DNA of 55,431 bases, counting the filler, from Sphacelaria rigidula (taxonomy: Eukaryota): assembly GCA_964200075.2 (NCBI GenBank). It is 6 parts of 6 records of this genome, joined end to end, with 100 filler letters (N's around TTAATTAATTAA, not from the genome) between each part and the next. Parts side by side here need not be neighbours in the genome. Positions count along the whole stretch, not along the records: positions 18,513 to 27,668 come from CAXNAA020009163.1; positions 27,769 to 36,923 come from CAXNAA020009164.1; positions 37,024 to 46,177 come from CAXNAA020009165.1; 3 more parts are not named here. One strand, given 5' to 3'. The notes under the pieces were generated by a model that was given only the letters and a program-made list of their open reading frames with translations, searched no databases and was not told where the DNA came from. A program made the position numbers and the translations under genes. Shown here piece by piece: positions 26,220 through 37,580 of the stretch. The stretch's first letter is position 1; each line of letters begins with the position of its first letter.

Positions 26220-27668
26220 ACCCGAATCACGGTCTAAGGGTTAACCCTTTAACCGCGAGGATAGGTGACCTACTGAATCGGCATCAATATTCACTTGAAA
26301 AGCGTATGCGTGATCCAGATGGACTCTCCAGTAGACCTTACGTAATGTACGTAAGAAAAGGTTGGTACTCGATTTTACTTGATTTCAGACTGAAGAAAGT
26401 TCTGAGAACGTTTATGGTCTGGGGCAGGTGAGCAGTGGTGAGCAGTAGACCCAGCTCGTCTAGAACGTGTTTTGGTCCAAAATCGGCTGAAAGGTTCATG
26501 CAGGTATTTTGTTTTTTTCCTCGTGCTCACGTTTTTTCATGTCCAGTTGGATTTTTGTTCAGAGGTCATTCTCCAAACCTCGCAGCGAGGTTAATCAGAA
26601 AGGTGAGCTAGACTCCTCTCGGTGGGGTGATGCAAAGCGTCCAAGACAAGTGATGATGGCGATATTTCATGTTTGAGGCTCAAGAACTAGATCAACCGTC
26701 CCAAAACTGAAAAACCACGCAAAAACAACCGTAGGAAACGGCCGAAGGTCCCATCCCACAAGTAAAAAACACTGATTCAAAAACTGCCTTTTTTTGGCCC
26801 CTTCTCCGTCGTTTTATGCTAGAAGAGAGGGCTAGGCGGATGTTGCCACCTTCGAATGACTGACGCTACTCGCCATTCCAGGGTACCTTGTTGCATGCCG
26901 TGGAAGATATATGTATCGCCAATTTGTTACGCTGTAGTGGGTGGAGTTGAGCAGGAATTCTTTTGGAGCGCAGTTGTAGGGGTGATCTCCCGTCGTGTGT
27001 CTACCGTCGAGTGTCAATCAGTGTATGACACTACAATGTGTTCGTCATCGAAGTGTTCGACCTGTCCGCATCTCGATTTTGAGTGCGTGGCAACAAACTG
27101 CTTGAATCCTGATATGGCGTGAGACACATGTGCGTGGGTGACTGGACATGGTTTCGGCAACAGCAGGTGCTACTAATACTGACCGTGTTCGAGTAAGCTG
27201 AATATTTCGTGTCAGATCTAAGACAAGGAGGATCTACGACAGTAAGTGGTGACGCACTCGACGTGTAGTGTTTTGATTGGGTACACGTGTGAAGGTTTTC
27301 CTCCGGACATACGTGTACACGTGATGGGGTGGAGCTGAGTTCCTGGCTTCCCCAGTCTCTCTCTCTCCGCAAGCTACCCCAGCTAACTGCGCTGGTACAA
27401 TACACTATTTGATCAACTATTTACGGGTGCATGAACCAACGAACAGACCGACGATGCGTCATTACTGCATCTTGAGTCCATCAGTAGCACCTTGTCGCTG
27501 CCTCAACCACAGTTTTCGGCGGCTTGAGGAAGGCTGCTATCGCAGGGACACACTGCTCTATTGCTGCGCTGTTACCCCCCCCCCCTCCCCTCCCCATGTA
27601 GGTTCTTGTGTAATGTATGGAAGAAACGTAATGAGCTCCGGAAAGGAAGTAATGAGCGCCAGAATGTT

Positions 27669-27768
27669 NNNNNNNNNNNNNNNNNNNNNNNNNNNNNNNN
27701 NNNNNNNNNNNNTTAATTAATTAANNNNNNNNNNNNNNNNNNNNNNNNNNNNNNNNNNNNNNNNNNNN
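27669..27768. other. Assembly spacer
   Basis: Same linker. Confidence 0.98.
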
Positions 27769-28481
27769 AGATGATTTTTCTTTCAACATTTGTGAAGAGG
27801 ATTCAAATAATATCTCCGGATTCGCAGTTTTTTGCATCCAACAGTCACCGTGATGAGCGGTGGCAAGCAAAACAAATTTGGACAATCTTTGAGAAACTAG
27901 GAAATTACGGATTCTGCATACTTCTGACGCTGACTACTGTACTCCTTTCGCCCCATAACACCAAGTAACATTGACTTGGGCACCGTGTTCCGAAAATGAT
28001 CTGTTTTTCTGCACCAAAATCTACCGAAGCTAACAATTTCGAGTTCTATCAAAGAGTTGTAAGCGAGGAAAACCCCGAAACACCCCTGAATAGTTAGACC
28101 GCCCACTACTACTGTAGAGACTTTTTCTACCCGCAGTAAACTTGTTGAACGTCTTTCGAGCAATCAGGCCTCAGAAAATGGGGGGGGGGGGGGGGGGGGC
28201 GCCACCAAAAGAGAAAAAAAAAAGGCGGGAGTGGGGGTTGGTTGTTTCGTANNNNNNNNNNTATATACATGGTGCGCTGAGGAGGTGATGGGGGTGATGA
28301 GGTGGGTGGAGGGAGCGGGGGGGGGGGGGGGGGGGGGGGGGCGCCGCCAAAGGCAAGAAAAAATGCGGTATTATCGGACTTGTTTTTCGTTCAGAAATAT
28401 TGCCCCCGGTGGTGTCTGTAACCCTGTTGAGAAAAACATCAAGAAAAACATATATAGAATCGACAGGTATAATCCTAACCG

Positions 28482-28570
28482 CCGCGCCCCGGTGGTGTAA
28501 TGGTCCGACCGTTGTTATTAGGGTGGAGAGAACTGGGGTTCGACTCCCGATGCGTCGGGTTTTTCTTCGT
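28482..28570 (+). pseudogene. tRNA-like module (pseudo-tRNA or repeat head)
   Basis: A box TGGTGTAATGG and B box GGTTCGACTCC followed by a T-run; acceptor and anticodon stems do not pair properly. Confidence 0.55.
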
Positions 28571-29737
28571 AATATGTATGATTTCCACCGGGCAAAGCGT
28601 GAGAACGTGAATAAACAAAGTAGTCGACTGGGTTGGTGTGACGTGAGTTGACGCTGTGCGGGAGTGCTGACCCAAGCCGCGAGACCAAAATGAAAGGCAC
28701 GTACCAGGGGAAATATGGACTGATCCCTTGAGACCACGGACTCTTCCCGAGGAAGGGGAGGGATTTAAGGTGTGAGGGAAAAAAACGTATATCATCACTA
28801 GTTGCTTCACTACTCGTAGATGTGGTGGATTGTACGTTTTCTTTTCGTACCGGTCACGACTTCGCAATCAGATTCACTGTTGTTGCCCAATCGCGAATGG
28901 CTTGAATGTCCGATACCACATATCTCCCTTTTCGCTGAAATCGTTCAGTGGGGGAATGCCCTTTTTTCATCTACGGGAGAAGGGGTGGGGGGAGAAGGGG
29001 GGTCATATCATACAGGGAATATTATGTGGTGCATACGTTCTAACGATACCCTCCGCGTGTTCGAGGGTATCGTCACTCGTCTACAAATGTCCATCAATGT
29101 CAACATCGAAAACGGTAGAGAACACCCCCATTCTGTCGGGAATAGGAATAAAGCGATTTCATCCCCCGGCGGGTTGGGAGAAATGAGGAGCTGGGATGAA
29201 TATTTTATCGTTACCACGCTCCATCGATGTGGTCGCGTGTGAGGACGCATCGTAATTCGCGTGTAACAGGCCAAAACGGTAGAGAACACCGAGGTGACAA
29301 TTGATTTGGGGAGGAGATGCGTGCATTAAATCTCCGGAGAAGAAAGGTACATATATGTGTGTATGTGTTCATGATTCCATATTTCGGTTATCCCGAAAAA
29401 CTTTCATGCCATCCAAACGTACCGGTATTCACACGGTATAGGCCAAAACGGCGGATACCACCCCTAAATTCATCGCGGTGGAAAGCACCCCCCGGGGATA
29501 GCTATTCCTTGTTCCCTGCGCTACCATGCACCCCCGCCCAAGGCCTACTTCACCAACGTTGTCCATGCACTACTACGCACCATATGTCTAGTTATGTGCT
29601 CGTAGCGAGTTCACTGGTGTATTGAACTCAAATATCTCTGATACGTGGCCTGGACAAATAGAGCTAACTAAACTACATACGTCGAACGAGTCATTACTCG
29701 TAGAAACGAGTGGATTCGTGGGTGTTTTTTTTCAACA

Positions 29738-30396
29738 CAACAAGCATGACTCGTGTGCTCGAGTCATTAGCTTTTTCGCAACGAGCAATGACTCGTGTGC
29801 TCGGGTCATTAAGCTTTTTCACAACGAGCGATGACTCGTGTGCTCGAGTCATCATCTTTCTTCACATCGAGCCATGACTCGTGTGCTCGAGTCATTTTTT
29901 TTTAACGAGCAATTACTCGTGTGCTCGGGTCATTCATTCCTACACAACGAGCAATGACTCAAGTGCTCGTCCTATAAATGTACTACTGGAGAGATACTCC
30001 CCGCCGCTTTAGTAGAACTCTAATCTCTGTGTGTGAGGGGCGAGGGGCGGGGAGTGCTTGGATAACATCAAAACGAGCTTTGGAGCTTGGCGCTTGTACA
30101 TGTGCAGATATGCATATGAACTCGAAGATTCTAGGTTCAAGATCGTCGAAGAGATTATTGCTATCATGTTTGTGTGCTCGTCGGGTTGCTGACTCCTCCT
30201 CTCAAGTCGTTTATCACGAGCAATAACTCGTGCGCCCGAGCCATTTACTTCTCCCCCACGAGCAATGACTCGAGTACTTGCCCTATTATTATTTTCCGCA
30301 ACGAGCAATGACTCGAGTGCTCGCCCTATTCATTTCTTCCATAACGAGCAATTACTCGAGTACCCGCCCTATTAATTCTTACGGTCAACGAGCAAT
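29738..30396 (+). repeat. Two clusters (6 and 4-5 units) of a palindromic 32-bp repeat with 6-12-nt pyrimidine-rich linkers
   Basis: Consensus CAACGAGCAATGACTCGTGTGCTCGAGTCATT; units near 29738, 29779, 29822, 29865, 29903, 29945 and 30214, 30256, 30299, 30342, 30386. Confidence 0.92.
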
Positions 30397-32761
30397 CCAA
30401 CAAGTGCGAGTGCCACGAGTCGTACTCGTGCTCGCCCGACGTGTGCTATATACCTAGAAAAATATAGCCGGTACCGGTAAACTCAAAATAAATGGGACAG
30501 CTAGCAACCTCCTCGCCAGTTCCAGTTTAAATCCAGTTTGATCTGTAGTATTAAGTGGTCCAGTTCACAGCCCTAAGATTCGATTATTCGAAACGGCGAC
30601 GATTCGTCCGACCCTTGGACTGCTGTAGAGAACTACAATGCAGTAGTTCCTATAACGTCGATGTAAGCCATAGCACGAAAAACAGTATAAAATACTGGGA
30701 GGGAGGGGTGGGGTGGGGGATTACAAGATGAGTTTCATCATGGTGTTGCTCCCATCATGTAATTTACGAAATTTGTTTGATTTGTCCATAATCGTTGACC
30801 CGGTTCATTTCCCCATAACTCCACAGGCTTACCTCGGGAAGTTAAGCCCTTGATTTTTTATCAACGATTTCAAGTTTTCGAAAAAAACATTGCAAAAATG
30901 TGACGGCGAGAGCACGCACTTTCGGCGGCGAGTTATTTTCTTGTAGAAACGGTCAACAAGAACAGTTTCATTATGATTTTTCTGGAATGAAAGTTGTTTC
31001 CCGTTTCGGCTGTTGAACGTGAAAGAACAACGGGCCTAATTCTACTGTGGTAGAGGTGCACATTTCAACCAAAAATATTTCTGAGGCTAAACACTAAGGC
31101 CCAGATGTTTGTTACCAAAATGCTCCCACAGTACAGAACCTCAGAAAAAAAACTGCACCTACCGTAGAATAGAATCATTCGTAGAAATAATTACTCGGAA
31201 GCACTCCCTGCAGGTTGCCTGGCATATTATTGATTATTCTGATGAAACGTCGAAGTATTTCCGATGACGGGGCACGGTCATATTACCTGACGAGTCCCTC
31301 GAGTGTACGCTTCCTGAAGCGGACTCGCAAACACATCTGGTTTTTCAGATAGCTGATGATGATGGTATCGCCTTTTGCGCCGATTGCGACGTTACGCATG
31401 CGTGTGCCGCTTAAATCAACTGAATCCCTGTTGTTGTGTCAATGCACGCACACGTGTGCGCATGCGTGTAACATACATGTACGTATGTGTGTGCGAACAT
31501 TCTATGCTGCACCCAGATATCCCAACGGGAAGGCTACATTATAGCATCGCGCGCCGCACGGTTCTCTCGGCGACCAAAAAAAGGGGCCACCACCATAAAG
31601 TTACCCTGTGGTGCTTGCAAAACTTACAACGCACTAAGCAGTGAAAACTCGCGCCCATCCACAGAAGGGCGCCATGCTTCAAGTACAGGGTACACCAGTA
31701 GGCTCATGCAACGTGCTTGTGATAAGAAGGAATGGGTCAGTCGAATAAATAACAGCAGCGATCGAGTCATGCTGCGGCAGAAGTTGCACTTTTGGGCCCA
31801 GATGCTTCTCATCATTGAGGGGCTCCTAAGATTAGGAGCTACACGAGAATATGGATCAGGGCATTTCCGTTTTAAAATTCATTCGAGACATCCCCAACCC
31901 ATTGGAATGCTAATCACGGGGTCCTTGCACGTTTTTGATAAGCCTTTTTTTTGTTAGTGAGGAAAAGATCTTCTAACATTTCCAAACAGATTTTTTGTGG
32001 GCACCTGCCGTGGCACCACTCGGCCGGTATTCACACCACGCAATAAAGAGGTCGCCGGTTATCGCGACACGAAAGAGAAATGGCGATAGCTATCACAAAG
32101 TTGCTTCGCGATCTTTTTGCCCACGAGAAAACTCTAGCACCACGGGAATCTCCAAAGTGGTCAAACGCAACGTTGGAAACAGAACACCAATGGCGCGCAG
32201 AGGGTATTGCAGGGGCATTATCAGCGGGCGGGTCGTCGTGCTCAATATCACATCGTCTTGGGCAAAGGGAGCATTGCAGGAGATGGCATCGGATAGTCTT
32301 TGTGCGTGAGCTACTGTCTTCCGTAAAATGTCTACTTGGTTCCATATTGAGTGTATGGCATGATTCTGGCGGAGCGCGGATAAGACAGGAAACGACCAAG
32401 AAGAACACGCGGAAGTTGGGATCGGTGGCGACCCTGAAGAATGAGAAACTAGCCTCGAAGAAATGCAGCTGATGCGGGCTCTAGCGAAAGGAGATCGATC
32501 CTCGACGCCGAAGTGATGTTGCTACAATCGGACTGCGCTGTAGTCGATAAGACCGCTGGCGCGCTGCACTGTGGTTTTAATCGATCGTCAAAACCATGAA
32601 GCCAACATTTATGTCGCTAGACTAGTTGACCACACGAGTCAAGCGTGCGAATGGCCCACAGGTAATTTAGCGAAATTATGTGCATATCGTCGTGCAACAA
32701 GGGTGCACGTGACGATGCAGCCAATTGCATCCACACCTGGGACTGATGCCACAACCAAAAA

Positions 32762-35700
32762 TCAGACTACGACCAAAGCTACCGCGATGATACCAACAGC
32801 TAAGCCGAACGCAGCCCCGACGCTACGCCACCCGCCAACCCCCGACACGCTTGAAAGGCGCGCCACAAGGAATCGTGTGTTCGGCGCCGCGCGTGCTGCT
32901 ACGCTCGTCTCGGCTTCATCACCATCTCTCGGCTGCACCACCTCGGCGAACGACACGGTGGGGGCAGCCGTGGGACTATCTGTGAACATCTCTCTGTCGC
33001 CGAAGATGGGTGCTGGGGTGGGGCGAACCGAGTCAACCGCTTCTTCAAGCTCTGTGCTCGATGAGCAGAATAAGTCGACCGAGATAGCGCCCCGACCTTC
33101 AAAGTGGTAATTTAGAGTTTCGCTCACACCAAACGCCCACAATAAGATGGTCGGTCCCCCCGTTCCAGTCATCAAGGACAGCTTCCCCTCGCCGATCGGG
33201 TCGGTTGGCCGTGTGAACCCCAGAGTGGTTTGTCCTGCCGCCTTTTCCATGAACGTTTCGGTGATTTCTTGCTCTGGCGAAGGGTCGATGAATGCCGCGA
33301 TCTGTATCATGTTGCAAATCGCATGCAAAATTGCCAACTGTTTTGAGCAACCGGCATGGACTAAGTATATAAGGGTGTAAAAGAGTGTGCAGTTTTACAA
33401 AAAGCTAAATACTTCTGCAATGGGCTGCATATCGCCAACAATATCAAGAAGGATAGCGAGGAAGCAACGTGACTCTCAGACACATCCAATTCACTTGGCT
33501 TCGAGCATGGGTGAAGCAAAACAGGGTGCACAACATTTGTGCAGGAGTCTGGTTGCGTATCGGTAGATATGGTCATCGAGTTATGGGCAGCCTCACGATC
33601 ATAGTGACCCTGTACGCTCGTATGCCAGGGATAGCGACGGCTTCATCTTCGTCAAAGCCCACAAAGCATGGCCTAGAACAAGTCGCATTCTAGACGAGGT
33701 ACCACGATACCAGTGATTCTTGTCGCCCATTCGTGATTGTTGTACTTGATAACCCTCCTCATCGAACCAGAACGGTGTGGTACCGTCGACTGAGAATTCA
33801 ACTGGTTTCTGGTGCTCCCCTCCCGACTTTCGAATAACTTCCTCTTGCAGTGCACAGAACTGTCGCACTTGGTATCAGACTTACAACTTTATCCCTATGC
33901 CAGGATAATCACGAGAACTCCCTCCATGCTACACATATTGAATCAAGGACAACATGGTGGTGCTGATATTTGCTTGCTTTACATAAGTCACTCACACGCG
34001 AGTCGAGGTCATACTCAGTAGCTATGCCTTGACTTGGAATGGCCACGACGGCATCTGATCCGACCATGAATCCATTCGACGAGAATCCGATGGCTACCCA
34101 GCCGGGAAGTTCAGCGTTCAGCACCGCCTGTCGTGTCAGATTGTTGCAATGAAACACCAGGTTTGCCCATTTGCGCATCCGAAGGTACAATTGGTTCCTG
34201 TATTGAGAAAAATATACATTCAGTGCATGACTGGCAAGCCACCATAATCCTGCCGGACAATGATGTGTCTTCTCCCGTCGATGCAAACGGTTAAGAAGGT
34301 AGTCAAACATGCGAGCGATTTCTACATTGCGGGTTATCTTTCGTCCCGACTTTGACGGTCTTGCACACAGAATAATGCTCTGGTGGAGGATGCGTTCAAT
34401 TGCATCGATATCGTGACCTGAAAAACATTGTATGCATTCGTCAAATAAAACCGAGACTTAGACGAAAGGTGCGGTAAGCATCGACAATAACATCTTGATG
34501 AGTAAAGTAGGTTTTCAGTAACATCGAAAACCGAATACTTGCGGACTGCCTGCTGGCAATTTTGAGTGAATGTGCTCTTTCAACGTATGACCCCTTGGGG
34601 AATACGAACAAATGACCTTCTATATGTTCAGCACTGCATTTCTGCGGATTATGGACAATCTGGGCAACGAATGACTGATCGATTATTAATCGTTCAACAT
34701 TGACGGATCATCTCCATGGAATCCAGCCGTTGTAAGCTATAGGGGCGTATACGCGGAAGGCGTACCTTGTCTTGTTACCAGCGAGTCCAAACATCACAAG
34801 TTTTCATACTTGTGTGTGTTGCCATCCCATTTATTCTGGACGCCAGTTTACGCCTTTCGGAATATGTGGGCGTACCAGTCGGGGTCACACGGGAGGAAGG
34901 TCAACACAAGATTTTCCTCTCCTTTACTTTGTTATACCGTAGCACTCCACCTTCCTGGTGGGGTGCTTGTCGCTTTTTTTTAACCGCGGAAAGGGTTCAG
35001 CGGCCTCATTCTTTCCCTCGTTGAGCGTAAAGTCGAACTTTTAACTTTGTATGCCCGCGGCAAAGTCGTCCTCCACTGTTGGGTATTATATGAGAAACAT
35101 ATCCCAGATGTTATCAGTACTTGCTTTTACATATTCTCGAACCACTTTTCAGAGTATTTCGTGGAAAACTTTGTTGCAGAGCAGTAACGAACATATTGAC
35201 CAACATGCCGTCACTCCATGGTCCCGTCCAGTATACTGTAGCACGTACGTGTGTACAGTACTGTCGTCTTACCGTGAAGGATATTGTTTCGAGGTCAGGA
35301 GAAAGCTTCCAGTAGAGCGTGAACCCCACGGCTGGTTCAGCCTGTAAGCAGAGTTGTAGTGATAGCAACATAAATAGGGGGAAGTGTTGGACGTGATGAT
35401 TGTCAAAACGTCCCTGACGCCTATAGCAATAGTGCCATTAAGTAGGTTGTCCCAGAGCGTCGCAGCCATGCTCTGTACAAGTACACGAAACTGCTCATTG
35501 TATAGAAGCTCAGGACGCATTTCTCTCTGTCCTGGACCGTATCATAGCTATGGGGGTATTTCTGAGGCAGAACGTGCATGGCTTGTCAAAGTTTAAACCT
35601 GTAAGTGTCCATACTCCAACACGCCTTCCCGATTGATGGTGTCATGGATGCACACGTGCATGAGACAGTTTTGTTACTGCAAGTCTTACTCCGATCACCA

Positions 35701-35878
35701 ACAAATAGCTCACCTGGAAATCGTAGCCCTCCAAGCTACTTTCGGCACACTCGACAGAAATCACATCTTCGGAGTCCTGCTGCGCCATCGTCCCCAAGTA
35801 GCTGGGCCCGAGGAACGGGCACAGTGATGACAGGAATGTGTAGTACACTACTACGAGATACGGCGAGGAACCCCTCAT
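32762..35878 (-). CDS. DOMON-domain protein with probable signal peptide and C-terminal hydrophobic anchor; 4 exons (35878-35714, 35341-35273, 34127-33996, 33301-32762), 301 aa
   Basis: All three introns are GT-AG, phase 0, and give an open frame: MRGSSPYLVVVYYTFLSSLC...YDFQ|AEPAVGFTLYWKL...ISFT|AVLNAELPGWVAIGFSSNGFMVGSDAVVA...EYDLDSR|IAAF...TTLGFTRP...LLWAFG...LNYHFEGRG...PTPAP linker...AAFGLAVGIIAVALVVV*. Classic DOMON motifs LxW, GWVAIGFS, MxGSD, FxR, WAxG and YH. Confidence 0.9.
34808..35109 (-). mobile_element. Headless copy of the same SINE family in DOMON intron 2
   Basis: Reverse complement matches the SINE body and tail (CCAGAATAAATGGGATGGCAACACACACAAG). Confidence 0.8.
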
Positions 35879-36668
35879 GATCCTGAGTCCACGGCAGGTT
35901 GGACCTCGGTATTTACGACGCGCGAACAACCGTTTTGACCTAGAACGGAACAGACTCTGAACAGCTTGATGCGAAGAAATCAAGGCAGACTGCTGCTGCC
36001 ACCAGAAATGGGTGTGATGCTACCACCACAACGTTGCCTCAATGTTAGATCGCGAGAAAATAGATATCATCGTGCTAGCATGTACCCTAACAGAAGATCC
36101 GACGGATTCGCCGACTCCAACATGGGCGGTTACGTTTTGGATTACTGTAGTATGTGCCATTTTTTAGCGAAAGAGGGCGACGCCTCCACGATACTGGATC
36201 AACCATTTTTTGTGTGTGTCTTTTGTGCTGTCGGTACTGCTACGACCTGTAGGACGATATACGCGACGCTAGGTGGCGGTGTCACGCTGGGTACGGTGTT
36301 TGAGTTTTCTCGCCCTTAGCATACAACAGACGGGTGCAGTGCGGTCGGTTTTCCCGTCGAGGTTTAGCAGCGTCTTCTCTTCGCTCAGAACGTTCGACGA
36401 GAGATTGATCAAACAAAGCCTCAACTGCTGTTGAGCACTGTCTGTACGAGTATACTGTCTCACAGACAGTATAATACTACTACTGTTCGTCCGTAGTGCA
36501 GAACTCGTAGCGGCACTCACACTTGGTTCCCCCAAGCCTCAGCTGAAAGGAGGAGCTACCTGTGACACACGTACAAGCTGGAGGAAAGGGTGGCATTACA
36601 TACTACTACTGCTGCTACTGCTACAAGCTACAACTGCACGCCATTCGTTGACAGTCTCCTTCCAACAG

Positions 36669-36812
36669 ACTGTATTCGAGTACTGCAGCCAAAACAGTAA
36701 TCCTCTTCAGATCGAATATCCCCCTCGTGCTCGTGTCGAGGTCTTTCCGAAAGCTGGCACAAAAGAGGGCATCTGGACCCTGGGACAGTACAACAACAAC
36801 ATCGGCCAAAAA
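36669..36812 (+). CDS. Probable internal exon of an unidentified gene divergent from the DOMON gene, truncated by the contig end
   Basis: TTCCAACAG acceptor, 144-nt open frame (TVFEYCSQNSNPLQIEYPPRARVEVFPKAGTKEGIWTLGQYNNNIGQK), GTGAGT donor. No family recognised. Confidence 0.5.
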
Positions 36813-36923
36813 GTGAGTTACGCGATGATCAACTCTGCGCCTGCTCTGACCCCCCCCCCCCCCCCCCCCCCGCCGCCTCCCCGCCCCCCCGCCGTGCTCC
36901 CCTGGCCGCGCTGGGGGCCGCGC

Positions 36924-37023
36924 NNNNNNNNNNNNNNNNNNNNNNNNNNNNNNNNNNNNNNNNNNNNTTAATTAATTAANNNNNNNNNNNNNNNNNNNNN
37001 NNNNNNNNNNNNNNNNNNNNNNN
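36924..37023. other. Assembly spacer
   Basis: Same linker. Confidence 0.98.
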
Positions 37024-37580
37024 CAACCCCATCGCTAGCCCTAACCCTAACGATGTTCACATGCCGTTCCGCTCCTCTAAGCACGCGGTCCTCTCACGCA
37101 TTACAATGGGTTCTCGCCGTCCTCTCTGTGGTGGCAGTTACAGGGACACGTTTGTACCAAAAGTATGCACCCGCTTGTCCCCCCCCCAACGACATGTAGG
37201 ACTACCTTGCGTTTATAATGACACGGGAGAACATCATGTAGAGAACATCGTTGCATGAGGACACAACGCGACGAGTAGGTGTCATCGAGATGGACCGGTA
37301 GTGTTACTTTTAGTCAACGGTATTGCTTGGTCCGGCGGTCGTGCGCATTGCCGCCGCGCATTGTGCAGTGGTTGCGGCGATCACTTTATCGACGGTGTAT
37401 GTACTAAAAAACATCCCAACGTGCTCCAGGATTAATCACCACTGCTTGAACAGCATTCTCTACTGGTGGAAGAAGGCCCAATTACATTTGTTCCTCAATG
37501 GCTGTCGCAAAGGGAAATACATGATGTTTCGGCGCACACGCGCCCCCTCTCCGTTCACGGCTCATCCAACACAATCGCAG

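Noticed and set aside
29738-30396. CRISPR array
   Set aside because: Linkers are only 6-12 nt and low-complexity, repeats are degenerate, there are no cas genes, and the context is eukaryotic.
31990-32472. Kinase-like exon (IFCGHLPW...) continuing into ORF 32080-32472
   Set aside because: Only one short motif, an in-frame TAA follows it, and no other kinase subdomains were found nearby.
36669-36812. Exon as the missing 5' part of the SLAC1-like gene
   Set aside because: It lies across the spacer on an unlinked contig, and the peptide is hydrophilic with no TDT features.
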